Below are positions 39,607 through 50,998 of a stretch of DNA of 64,000 nt, one piece after another (the first letter of the stretch is position 1; every line of letters starts with the position of its first letter). This DNA comes from the human T2T-CHM13v2.0 reference genome, Homo sapiens. The DNA lies in contig CP068257.2 of NCBI GenBank assembly GCA_009914755.4, forward strand, positions 35,904,001 to 35,968,000, written 5' to 3'. A program made the position numbers and the translations under genes. The notes under the pieces are model-generated. The model had not been told where the DNA came from. It saw nothing but the letters and a program-made list of their open reading frames with translations, and ran no database searches.

Positions 39607-41794
39607 TCATTTATCTTTTTAAAGACGCTTTATGCAAATATAGTCACATTATCAGGTACTGGGGGTTAGGACTTAAACATACGAATTTTTGGAGAACATA
39701 TTTCAGCCAATAACACTGTGCCTCAAGGGCCCTAATCTTTAACCTAGGGAATATAATGATATTCTTACAGAAAATCATATCAAAGTGCTTTGTAGACTGC
39801 AAAGGGCTGCACAAATATTGTGTGGTTACTTCCTGTGTCCTGACAACTTGTGCCTGGATCCCTGATGTGATCATTTAGATCTGGTAGAAATACCAGGTGG
39901 AGTCAGCCTCCTAAAGATGGAACAGTGGGTAACAGGTGTAGAAGCTGGGGCATGAGGTGGTGGCGTGCTCTCCTTGCATGAAGGCCCTCTCTCCCCTGCT
40001 GCTCCCGCTGTTGGTGCTGATGTTCAGACTCATGGACAGTGAGCCCTACAATGTGTCATACCCCTGGGGCTGAGGGCAAGAGGGAAAGGGAACAATGGCC
40101 CACACCAAAATGTAAAAGGCCCTCCGGGAGTTCTGGTGTATAGGCCCTCCATGTAGCTGGAAATGATGGCCACAATTCCTCAGACGCCTGCCGGCTCTTT
40201 CTTCCACGTCTTTAGTAGGGGATCAACAAGGTCACTTACTGTAGGGAGTGATTTACTCCGCCTTCCCTGGATCACATCAGATTGATTCTAATCAGATATC
40301 TATGTACTGTTACTCCCTGAACAAGCATTTGGCAGTACTGGTAGTGGGGAGCCAAGATGGATTTAATTTCCTTTGGCCGATATGCTTCATTTTCATGATA
40401 ACATTTCTCAAAACTTAACGGAGGGGCTCTTGATTTCTGAATCTGCCCTTTTTTCTAGAAGGGTAAGGCAGGAAGGTAAGATCTCATTCTCAGATGATTA
40501 AGACCAGCACCCTCCTGCAGTATCCACGCTCCCACCCTGGGGCTTTCCTTTGAAATCAGCAAGAGTCTGTGTAGATGAAGAGATACGAGTCAGGAGCAGG
40601 TCCACATAGAAGCGGCTTTCCCATATTAATAATAATGTTTCACAATAATATCACTTTGGGTGCTTCCTCTACTCCTTGGAGCCATAGATAGTGGATTTAT
40701 TGACTTGTTTTCCTTTGACTTATGGCTCTTTCTCGTTATTTTCTGAGTGTGGTTTTGCTTTGCTTCCTGGAAAGGGAAACAGAAGTGGTTCTGGTGAATC
40801 CTGGGAGAGTAGAGCCTAGTTTTGAACTCTTACTCTCTTGATGACACGGCTGCTCAGAGGGAAGCGTGGCCAGAAGAACATGTTGGAGTTCCTTGCTCAT
40901 ATCCCTGTGAATATGGCCACATGTGGCTCTAGGCATTCAGTGGGTTCATGCAGTCTTTGGAACAGAACCCCACAAGGGGCTGACAAACAACCTTCTAAGG
41001 CTTGGGGAGTGCTGAACTGGACAAACCAGGGTTTAGAGCTTCCTCAGTGACATGCACCGAGTGGATCCAGTGGCCCCTCTTAGAGTCTCTCCAAAAGGAG
41101 GGGGGCCCTTCTTCCCTTTTTTGCATCTCCACTTCCCTCTCCCTAGGGCCCAGTGCTTTGTCTGACCTCCTCTCCCACTGGAAATTTAGAGGTTATGTGC
41201 ATTTCATCTATCAATGAATACAAAGAAGATGATTCCGAATCCGAGAACTGCTAAAATGGAATTTCAGGCATTTCCAGGGAGAGTTTAAATGGTAGAAAGG
41301 GCTGGATTTACCATTAGTGGCTATTAGTTTGATTCTACTAAGACAGCATTTCTATTTTGCTGTTGGGACTGAAACAAACCTCATTCATTTGACATGAAAA
41401 AAGTTGGGACAGTTTTGGTATCTCCTTAGCTGGCTCGGTTAAGTGTATGTGAGGGAGACCATTTTTCACGCCTGGCCGGCTCTGTGCTTAAGTGGCCCCA
41501 TCGCAGCCAGAGTAGCCTCATTACAGCTGAAGTCCCTGGTAGGTCTCCTCCTTCCTCTGAGCCCAGCGCAGTGCCAAGGCCGGGGACTCTGGCTGGCACT
41601 GGTGACACGCTGTCTTGTCCTGAAGACACGAGGTTGGGTTCGGCAGCTGGCTCCTCCGGGACAGGGCCCAGTGCACTGAGCTTAGCTGAGCCCTTCCCCT
41701 CACACCTGAAGTGTGGCACGAGGCTGGTCACTCAGAAGCAGCGAGTAGGGTGTCCTGGTGGGAAAAGCCTGGCTTTGTGCAGTCTCGGGGAAGG

Positions 41795-41850
41795 TTTTCA
41801 ATGCCATCTGAGCCTGTTTCCTCATCTCTAAGGCAGGGACCAGGTAGCCC
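41795..41850 (+). mobile_element. MIR core fragment
   Basis: CCATCTGAGCCTGTTTCCTCATCTCTAAGGCAGGGACC resembles the MIR core CCTCTCTGTGCCTCAGTTTCCTCATCTGTAAAATGGGG. Confidence 0.45.
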
Positions 41851-41949
41851 GCCCCGCAGGGTAGTTGCAGGAAGCAGACATGTATCTGGGAGCAGCTGGC
41901 GAGTTCCTGGCATGCACTGCTCCCATCCGATTTCCGCAGATTTCCTGCT

Positions 41950-42660
41950 GGAACGTTCTCTCGGGCCTCAAGTTTTCCTGAGAGGACGACGTGGAGAGTG
42001 GAGACAAAGATGCTCAAAAGCCAGGAAATCGCAGGCTCGGAAGCCCCCACGCATGCCTCTGAACGCAGCGCCATCTCGGGGCTGCGGCGGGACCAAGCGG
42101 GACGCTTGCAGGCTGTCGGCGGCGGGGGCCGCGAGCCGCCGGCGTAGGCCGCTCCAGCTGGAAGACCCCACCGCTAGGGTTCCAGGGGGCTGCGGACGCT
42201 TCCGAGGGGCCCAAGGCGAAAGAACGCAGCCCGCTTGTCGGCCACGTGACCGTCCCCGTCCGCGTCCGCGTCCGCAGCGACCACGTGACTGTGCGTCCGC
42301 GGCGTCGATTGACTGGGAGCTCCCTGGCCACGCCCTAAGCGCCAGCCCCGGGCTTCGCGGGGCGGTGCTGCTGCGGTTGCCATGGCGTCTTCCGAGCGCG
42401 CAGGCGTGGGCCCAGAGTAACTTTTCGGGTATTTGCTACCGGCTCTCGGTAGGGCTGGTCACCTTTGCTTGCTGAGCTTCGCGCCCTGCGTCCTTTGGTC
42501 CCCAGCAACTTGCAGGGCAGCCGTCCCTCATGAGGCCCTCCAGCGAATGCCCTAAAGCTCCGAAGTTGCTCCGGAGGAAAACAGGCTTGCTCCGAGGGTG
42601 CACGTCCTTACTGCCCGTGACGTCGTGGTGCCTTGAGGGCACCCTTCTGGGAAGATCCTT
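41950..42660. promoter_or_regulatory. CpG island; candidate bidirectional TATA-less promoter
   Basis: Dense CpGs with GC well above the window background (GGCTGCGGCGGGACCAAGCGGGACGCTTGCAGGCTGTCGGCGGCGGGGGCCGCGAGCCGCCGGCGTAGGCCGCTCC...); two E-boxes CCACGTGACC (about 42246) and CCACGTGACT (about 42284) separated by a GTCCGC-repeat spacer; CRE-like GTGACGTCG at about 42616; Kozak-context ATGs diverge on both strands (plus GCCATGG at 42382, minus CCGAGATGG at 42074); no TATA box seen. Confidence 0.7.
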
Positions 42661-43824
42661 GCAGAGGCCATGTCCCCTCTCCACGACATCCAAGCCCATT
42701 CCCAACTTGCTTTTCACTCCTGTCCCCCCGGGGAACGTCTACTGGACCTTAGGACAGCCCCTCACCCCCGTGCACCCCCCAGGTGGATCTGCAGCGAAAC
42801 CTCTGTGGTGACTCACAGTTGCTAGCATTGGTTATCTTCTTCCTGGCAGAAGGTGGCAGGCTGATGCTGTCGTCGTTCCTGTGTGTCTGACAAATCACAA
42901 ATATGAATTCAGATCGTCACAGCTGAGTCATGCCCAGGATTTCCATGAGCCCTGCTGGGGTGGCCAGCTTGAGCTCCCTTCCCCACAGCCTCCTCCAGCT
43001 CTGCAGCGCCAGGCACCAGTGTGACTCATGGGGGCCTGTGGAAGCCGGGGCTGCTCAGTGGGGCTGAGTCTAGGAGGGGGAGAGAGAGAAAGGGAGCCCA
43101 TCAACAATTACAGTGCAAACGCCGCAGCTGCCACCACCGAGTGCCTCCAGTTAGGAACTGGTTTGTGAAATTCATTACCCTATGAGACGAGTTTTATCTC
43201 TGTTTCACTCAAGAGGATTCTGAGGCTCAGGAGGTTGTGAATGACTCGGGGAAGCACAGCTGGTAGGTGGCAGGGTTGAAATTTGAATCCAGGTCATTCT
43301 GACCCAGGAGTTCAGACTTTTTCCCAGCCCAGCCTTTCCACTCGACCTCAATTAGCACAGTCATGCTGGGTGCCAAAGCTATTTACTTTGCTTGCGGGAG
43401 TCCAGGAGCTGGCTCCTAATGGCTCCATTTGAAATGGTTTTTTAGGCAAAGGAGACTAGATGAACGTGGAGGAGAGGGAAAGTATTTAGGCGCGAAGATG
43501 CTACAGAACAGGCTTATTCCAGTGCACCTCCAAACCCAGGCGTGGTGTTCTTCCTTCTCGTGCCTTACTTTTACATCCCCAGCCACTGCTTGGTATCACC
43601 TGGTTGTCCTCTGGGCACCTGAAGCTCAGCATTTCCCAGGATGAATATTTGCTTTTCCCTGCCATATCTGTCTGCCCTGAGTGAGTCAGTATCAGCGGCC
43701 ATGTGACCGTCCGTGTCTGCAGCGTCCTCCCCCCATCCCAATATTCTTGCAGGCAGTCAGGCTTTGAAGACCAGGTTGTCTCTTGTTAACTTGAAAATCA
43801 CACAATCTAGAAATTTGGACCAGG

Positions 43825-44757
43825 AGACTTTCTTTCTTTCCTTTCTTCCTTCCTTTTTTTTTTTCTTTTTTTTTTTTTTTTTTGACAAAGTCTTGCTCTG
43901 TCGCCCAGGCTGGAGTGCAGTGTGGCTCGATCTCGGCCCACTGCAACCTCTGCCTCCCGGGTTCAAGCGATCCTCGTGCCTCAGCCTCCCGAGTAGCTAG
44001 GATTATGGGCGCCCGCCACCATGCCTGGCTAATTTTTGTATTTTAGTAGACACAGAGTTTCACTTTTTTTTTTTCAAATAGAGACAGTGTTACTGGTGGA
44101 GGGTGTCCAGGTTCTTGGCGTCTTGTACAAAGAACTGGGCAAAACCCACAAACACAGCAAGGAAAGAACGAAGCAACAAAAGCAGAGATTTATTGAAAAC
44201 GAAAGTACACTCCACAAGATGGGATCAGACCCGAGCATAGGGACTAAGAGCCTGGTTTCAGAATTTTCTGGGGTTTAAATGCCCTCTAGAGGTTTCCCAT
44301 TGGCCACTTGCTGTACACCCATGCAAATGAAGTAGTGGCTTGCAATCTACTGTAACTACAAAGTGAAGTTACAAAGGTTACACACTATGCAAACGTCTGA
44401 TTAGTTGTGGAAAGCAACCAATCAGCGGCTAAAGTGAAGTTACAAAGTTACACTTCTATGTAAACAAAGACTTAGCCTGCAATCAGTCTGTCTGGTTGTA
44501 GAAAATGGGAAAGTATGGAGGGTTTATCTCTGGTCCTTTTGTTACTTTGTTGTGGAAAGTTGGGGTTTTCCTTTTGATTTAGTTCTAGGAAGTCAACATG
44601 AGTTGGCCTTAGGTTCCCTGCTTCTAGACCCCATTCTCCTGCCTCAACAGGGTCTTACTATGTTGGCTAGGTTGGTCTTGAACTCTTGGCCTCAAGCAGT
44701 CCTCCTGTCTCGGCCTCCCTAAGTGCTAGGATTACAGGCGTGAGCCCCCACGCCTGC
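43825..44757 (-). mobile_element. Alu SINE (antisense) split into 43825-44063 and 44649-44757 by a 585-bp foreign insertion
   Basis: Left part: long T-rich lead then GACAAAGTCTTGCTCTGTCGCCCAGGCTGGAGTGCAGTGTGGCTCGATCTCGGCCCACTGCAACCTCTGCCTCCCGGGTTCAAGCGATCCTCGTGCC...TTTTAGTAGACACAGAGTTTCAC; right part: AGGGTCTTACTATGTTGGCTAGGTTGGTCTTGAACTCTTGGCCTCAAGCAGTCCTCCTGTCTCGGCCTCCCTAAGTGCTAGGATTACAGGCGTGAGCCCCCACGCCTGC; the two parts are colinear with the Alu consensus. Confidence 0.85.
44064..44648. mobile_element. Unclassified 585-bp insertion with retroviral-LTR-like promoter architecture, bounded on the left by an 11-nt T-run
   Basis: Contains octamer ATGCAAAT (CACCCATGCAAATGAAG), two enhancer-core GTGGAAAG motifs, CCAATCAG (AACCAATCAGCGG), TTTAAA (GGGGTTTAAATGCCC), a tandemly repeated AAGTGAAGTTACAAAG(G)TTACAC motif, and AATAAA on the opposite strand; not recognisable as Alu, L1, MIR or MaLR. 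Confidence 0.4.
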
Positions 44758-46356
44758 AGAGGAGACTTTATTTCTTATAAGGGGTTATAGGCTGCAGGGT
44801 GGCCATCCTGTAGGCTGGGAAGAGCCTCCTTCAAAGACCAGAGACAGGCCCTCTGGGGGAAGAAGGGGTAAGTCAGAAATTTAAGTTGAACATGTTGACC
44901 AAATGTACATATTCAACAGATTATCAGAGGAGATGTGAGTATTTATGAAGGGGGTCCTGACACATGCATATTGAACAAACGTGCATGTAACATACAACCC
45001 ATGTTCATTTGGGGTGGAAAATAACATTTGAATGTATTACAATTAGCCCCTATAGGTCAAAAGTTCCTTTTAGGACACAAAAGCACTCAAGTGTGCACCC
45101 TCTGTAAACTGGCTAGGACTAGTTCATGATTGGATTGGTGGTGTCTCATCTAGAGAAAGTTACTGACATCAGTGTCTTGTACAATCAAAGGTGTAGTTAT
45201 GGCTGGGCAGTTAGTCTGTGCCTTATCTGCGTGAGCTGCAAATTGTTTTAATATTGCTTATCCTGAGACCAGTGCTTATTTAGACGGTAGAGAAAAAGAA
45301 AAATTCTGTGGCTGTTAGAACAGAATTTATTCTTTAAGCATAGAGGTGAGTGATTCAACCCTTGCTTGGTGTAAGGAACATGGTTGTGCTTTGGTCAAGG
45401 ATAGGCCAAGGTGGGATGTTTACATCCTGCGTGACTCAGGGAGTTTAGAGCGCAGGCGTATAACTCCACTTGTTATCGCATCCACGGAGCCATAACATGG
45501 GAAGGCCGTCCCTTGGCATTAAGCCACTATTGTCTGTAAAAGGTATAATTGCCCTGCCGACACTGTACAGGTGCTGGCACCCAGAGAAAGAGAGAGAGCC
45601 AGAGCTGTCCATCTTTGCAGATGGACAGAGGGGAACCAGGACACAGCTTGGCTCACTGGCGCCCAGAGAGAGACGGAGTTAAGCTGCCAACCTTGAAGGC
45701 AAGGGAGAGCTGGCTGCGCAGCTGTGTGTGTGGGAGCTACCAGACTAAGCAGCCGAGACAGGGCGGACAGTGTGAGAAAGCTGTTGATGAAAGCTGCTGT
45801 TGAATAAAACCATATTCACCTGCCTACCACCCCATGACTGTTCTTTCTGCTCATCTACCCACTCCCTTTGGACCTCAGCATGGGCTGGAACCTGACCCCA
45901 AGTGTGACATTTGGCATAGTTGTGAGCCTGACACCTGGCGTGGCCATAGGTCTTATTTATAGTTTGATGTCTTATTTATAGTGTGATATCTTATTGTCAC
46001 AGAATCTGTTGTCCTATGATCTCTATTTTAGCATTAATGCTCATCAGCTGTGTCTAAACCGCAAAATGGGAGGCGTTAACGAGGCATGTCTGCCTGCCCA
46101 TCCTGTCATGGCTGGGAACTCAATTTTTAAGGTTTTTCAGGGGTCCCTTTGGCCAAGAGAGGGCTCGTTTAATTTGTGGGGAGCACTTAGGATTTTATTT
46201 TTAGCTTACACTCTGAAGCTCCTGCTCACATCCAATTGTATGAAAACAAGCTTTTCATGTATTTCGTCTAGTAATTTTTTTAAATTTTATGTTTTTGCAG
46301 CAGAAGGATTCCTCTGGTTCTCCATCACGGCCAGAAGCATAATTTGATGACAGCAT

Positions 46357-46678
46357 TTTTTTTTTTTTTTTGAGACAGAGTCTTGCTCTGTCACCCAGGC
46401 TGGAGGGCAGTGGTGTCACCCAGGCTGGAGGGCAGTGGTATGACCTTGGTTCACTGCAACCCCCACCTCACAGGTTCAAGTGATTCTCCTGCCTCAGCCT
46501 CCTGAGTAGCTGGGATTACAGGTGTACGCTGCCACTCCCAGCTAATTTTTTGTATTTTAGTAGAGACGGGGTTTCACCGTGTTGCCCAGGCTGGTCTTGA
46601 ACTCCTGAGCTCAGGCAATCCACCCACCTTGGCTTCCCAAAGTGCTAGGATTACAGGTGTGAGCCACCGCGCTCAGCC
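46357..46678 (-). mobile_element. Alu SINE, antisense, with a 22-bp internal tandem duplication; TSD GATGACAGCAT(T)
   Basis: TTTTTTTTTTTTTTTGAGACAGAGTCTTGCTCTGTCACCCAGGCTGGAGGGCAGTGGTGTCACCCAGGCTGGAGGGCAGTGGTATGACCTTGGTTCACTGCAACCCCCACCTCACAGG...GTGTGAGCCACCGCGCTCAGCC; GATGACAGCATT at 46346-46357 and again at 46679-46690. Confidence 0.95.
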
Positions 46679-48116
46679 GATGACAGCATTCTTTTCGATC
46701 ATTTTCTTTTCTGCTGTTCAGACACTGCTAATGGCTTGTAGTTTCCCGTGATACTAATGAGACAGGCTAGTTTATTAGTGTTTTGTTCTCTTTTTTCTAT
46801 CTCCTCCCCATGCCCATTCTGAGCAGATAGCTGTACTCTTCACATGTCCTTGCTTCAAGAAACTGGTTGAAGACCACCCTTCGTCCAGCCTTGTGTGAGT
46901 CTGAGCTTGTTGAAGAGACTTTGCCACAAGTTTAGTGGTGGGAGAGGGGGAAAAGGAGTGCTTTTGAGGTCTGGGAAGGAGAAGAAGATATTTTAGAACC
47001 GACTCTCACACCTCGTGCCTCCCAGCAGGGCCTCGAGGGTGTGGTGAGACACCAGGACCACACAGCCTTGGGACCAAAGCTGTGCCTGATGTGATACAGG
47101 TCTCCATAAAGGTTTGCCAAACAAGCAAGTTAGTACTTACAATTTCCCATGACTGTCACTCAGATTACGTGTGCCTAAATAACTTGCCCATCGCTTAAAA
47201 GAGAAACCCCATAAATGTCCTTTGATCCATTTATGCCTCAAGACTGTTGTCATTGTCATTGTCATTATTGTCATGTTCTCAAATATTTTTGCCTGGAGAG
47301 TTTTCCTGTCTGAGGACTTTTCACATGTAGAAGAATTACTTCTCATTCTTCCTGTTGAAATTACTCTCAAATCTTTTCTGACAGAGTTGCAAACACACTG
47401 ACAGCTCCCGAATGATCTGATACAGGATCCTTAATAGGCATGGAAGTGTTCGCCAGACAGAGGGGTCCTGCCCTTGCTGATCTGAGCTGGTTCTGTGTTA
47501 GAGACTCCGTGGGCGTCTGTTTGACAGGATCTGCCAGGAGCTGAAGAATAACTTTCCTGATCTGGAAGAGCAAATCTCAGATATTTTGCACATTTGCAGG
47601 TATTTTAAAACAGTTTCTGTAAGATGCCAACATTACTTTTCCAGTATTTTGAAGTTCTCCAGTGTTTACTGAGAAGAGCTCAGTTGTGTTTATACCGAAT
47701 TTCAGGTGGGTTTCTTGACCGCGCCTCTCACTTCATCACCAGCTTTGCTCTGGGCCCCTAACTGTACTCCTCCTGAGGGTCCCGCGGATTCAGGTGACTG
47801 GTGCCCTTCAGGTTTCATTTGTGAGGACCTATTCTTCTTCCTGGGACTTTGGCTTGTGTCTTTCTTCTGCTAAACCAAATTTGCCACTTCCTCTAAGATT
47901 CTGTTCCAAACTCTCTCATCTCAGGAACGTTTCCTGAAAACCCGACTCCCTGTGCTGATTTTTCCTGATGAGCCTTCCCTATGCCCTTGGTAAAATGAAG
48001 TTTGACAAACACAACTATGTTTATGAACATTTGCATTCATATAACTTTTCTCTTCTCTTGAATTATTTGCTTAATAATCCTCCAGGAGTGAATTTACTGG
48101 ATGAAAGCATTTCAAC

Positions 48117-48422
48117 TTTTTTTTTTTTTTTTTTTTTTTTGTGAGATAAGGTCTTGTTCTGTCACCCAGGCTGGAGTGCAGTGGCACAATCATAACTCAC
48201 TACAGCCTTGACCTCCGGCTTCAAGCAGTCCTCCCACCTCAGCCTCCCGAGTAGCTGGGACTACAGGCACACACCACCACACCCAGCTTATTTTTGTATT
48301 TTTTATAGAGACAGGGTTTCCCCATATTGCCCAGGCTGGTCTTGAACTTTTGGGCTCAAGTGATCTGCCTGACGCAGCCTCCCCAAGTGCTGGGATTACA
48401 GGCATGAGCCACCCTGCCTGGT
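48117..48422 (-). mobile_element. Alu SINE, antisense, with poly-T of about 24
   Basis: TTTTTTTTTTTTTTTTTTTTTTTTGTGAGATAAGGTCTTGTTCTGTCACCCAGGCTGGAGTGCAGTGGCACAATCATAACTCACTACAGCCTTGACCTCCGGCTTCAAGCAGTCCTCCCACC...GGCATGAGCCACCCTGCCTGGTC. Confidence 0.95.
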
Positions 48423-48916
48423 CGCATTTAGACATTTTTATGGGTGATTGAATTCATTCATTAAAAAAGTATTTGTTGAGCATCTGTAGGGTGCCAAGAC
48501 TGTGCTGGTAGCTAGGGTGTGACAGTGACTCATAGTGACCTCTTATCCTTCCTAGAACCTACCCCTAGGAGTGGGAGAAGACCACAACCAAAGAAGCAAA
48601 TGGACACACGGACTATCAGATGAAAGGCAGCTACACAGGAAAATAAAGCAGTGCAGCAGGATTGGAGGTGCTTGTGGTGAGAGGAGGTAGGGAGTTGCTT
48701 TTTACATGGGGAGATCAGGGAAGGCCTCAGTAAGGAGGTGATATTTGAATAGAGAGAGACCTGGGAGAGGAAAGAGAGTGAGCCCTGTTGATATATAAGG
48801 GTAGAATGACTCTGGCAGAGCGGTTAGTGCAAAGGTCTTGTGGCAGAAAACACCCTTTTGGACTTCCATTGTGAATGTCTTGGGACACTTGATGGTGTCC
48901 CACAGGTCTCTGAGGC

Positions 48917-49215
48917 TTTGTTTGTTTATTTATTTATTTAGAGACAGGGTCTTGCTCTGTTGCCCAGGCTGGAGTGCAGTGGTGCAATCATGGTTCACTG
49001 CAGCCTCAAACTCTTGGGATCAAGTGATCCTCCCACCTCAGCCTCCTGAGTAGCTGGGACCACAGTTGCACACCACCATGCTCAGCTAATTTCTTATTTT
49101 TTGTAGAGATGAGGTCTTGTTTTGTTGTCTAGGCTAGTCTCAAACTCTTGGAGTCAAGCAATCCTCTCTCCTTGGTCTCCTAAAGTGCTGGGATTAAAGG
49201 TATGAGCCACTGGCC
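48917..49215 (-). mobile_element. Alu SINE, antisense
   Basis: TTTGTTTGTTTATTTATTTATTTAGAGACAGGGTCTTGCTCTGTTGCCCAGGCTGGAGTGCAGTGGTGCAATCATGGTTCACTGCAGCCTCAAACTCTTGGGATCAAGTGATCC...GGTATGAGCCACTGGCC. Confidence 0.9.
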
Positions 49216-49261
49216 AATAAATCATTTTAAAAAATCATTTTTTCCCTTTCTGTTATGGACT

Positions 49262-49640
49262 GAATGTTTGTGACCCAACCCCCAAATTCATATGTTGAAA
49301 CCCCAATCCCTAATGTGGTGGCATTTGGAGGCGGGGTCTTTGGGAGGTAATTGGGTTTGAATGAATCTCGAGGTGGAGCCGGTGAAGGGATTGGTGCTTT
49401 TATAAGGAGGTGAAGGGACCAGAGCTCTCTCTGCCATGTGAGGATATGGCAAGGAAGCAGCTATCTGCAAGCTTGGGACCAAAGCTAAGAAAAGACTATG
49501 CTGCCACTCTGATCTCAGACTTTGAGCCTTGAGAACTGTGAGAAATACAGAGTTATCGCTGAAGCCACCCTGTCTGTGGCATTCTGTTGTAGCAGCTGGA
49601 ACTGACTAAGACAGGTTCCCTTCTTCAACCTGGATAATCT
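49262..49640 (+). mobile_element. ERVL-MaLR solo LTR (MST/MLT1-type)
   Basis: CTGAATGTTTGTGACCCAACCCCCAAATTCATATGTTGAAACCCCAATCCCTAATGTGGTGGCATTTGGAGGCGGGGTCTTTGGGAGGTAATTGGGTTTGAATGAATCTCGAGGTGGAGCC...TGTGAGGATATGGCAAGGAAGCAGCTATCTGCAAGC...TTGAGCCTTGAGAACTGTGAGAAATACAGAG...GTGGCATTCTGTTGTAGCAGCTGGAACTGACTAAGACAGG. Confidence 0.75.
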
Positions 49641-49845
49641 TAGTGGACCTACCTTCAAATCTGCTGTTGAGCCACTGGTGAATTTTTCATTTTGGTTACT
49701 GTACTTTTCAGCTCCAAAATTTATAGATATATATTTTGACAATTTCTTAATTTCTGTCTCTTTATTCATGTTCTGTATTTGGTGAGACATGGGTCTCGTA
49801 CTTTCCTTTATTTCTTTAGATTGGGCTTTCTTTAATTCTTTGAAC

Positions 49846-50035
49846 GTACAGTTGTCCTTTGATATCTGCGGGGGATTGGTTCCAGGACCCCTGGGGATAC
49901 CAAAATCTGTAGATGCTCAAAGTCTGTTGACTCTCCCTATCTGTGGATTCAACCGATCGTGGATTGAAAATTGCAGTGCAGGAATGTGGATAGGAGGACT
50001 GACCATACGTTATTTGTAATAGCTGACTTGACATC
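49846..50035. mobile_element. DNA-transposon-derived fragment (Tc1/mariner or hAT nonautonomous family, not assigned)
   Basis: GTCCTTTGATATCTGCGGGGGATTGGTTCCAGGACCCCTGGGGATACCAAAATCTGTAGATGCTCAAAGTCTGTTGACTCTCCCTATCTGTGGATTCAACCGATCGTGGATTGAAAATTGCAG matches the common human repeat motif ...CTGCGGGGGATTGGTTCCAGGACCCCTGCGGATACCAAAATCCGCGGATGCTCAAGTCCC... Confidence 0.45.
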
Positions 50036-50555
50036 TTTACATAGTCAGTTCAACATGTGGGCCTCCTTAGGGACAGTTTCTGTCTGTCTTTTTCCCCCCA
50101 TGTATGGGCTATATGTCACGTATCTTTTTATGTCTCCTTGTTTTTGCTGTTGAAAACTGGACATATGACATAACATAATGTGGTTACTCTGGAAATCACA
50201 TCTCCCCAGGCTTTGTTGTTTCTGCTGTTTATTGAATAATTTCCCTGGATAAAGGGTGTAAAGTCTATGTTCTTTGTCAGAGATGATTACGAGGAGTTTC
50301 TGGGAACTTCCAGACAGGTTAGACAATAACAATCTTTAAGAGTAGGACTTTCGGGGAGTTTCACTCCCTGGCTCCCCTGTCCAGCGGCTGCCAGCTTTTT
50401 GCATTTACAACTGCTGTGGAGCTGGGAAGAAGGAGATGGCAACAGGGCAAGTTAAAATGCTGCACAGCTCACAGTTCTGTCTGAGATTCAGTCATTTTTC
50501 TTGAATAAATCTCCAGGAATTGTTGCAAGCCTTTAGTTAATTTCCACAGTTCTGA

Positions 50556-50998
<443 letters not shown>

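Noticed and set aside
41711-42475. 254-aa plus-strand ORF spanning the CpG island
   Set aside because: Extremely Arg/Pro/Ala/Gly-rich (RRRPLQLEDPTARVPGGCGRFRGAQGERTQPACRPRDRPRPRPRPQRPRDCAS), which is typical of an open frame produced by GC/CpG-rich DNA; it crosses promoter motifs and is not protein-like.
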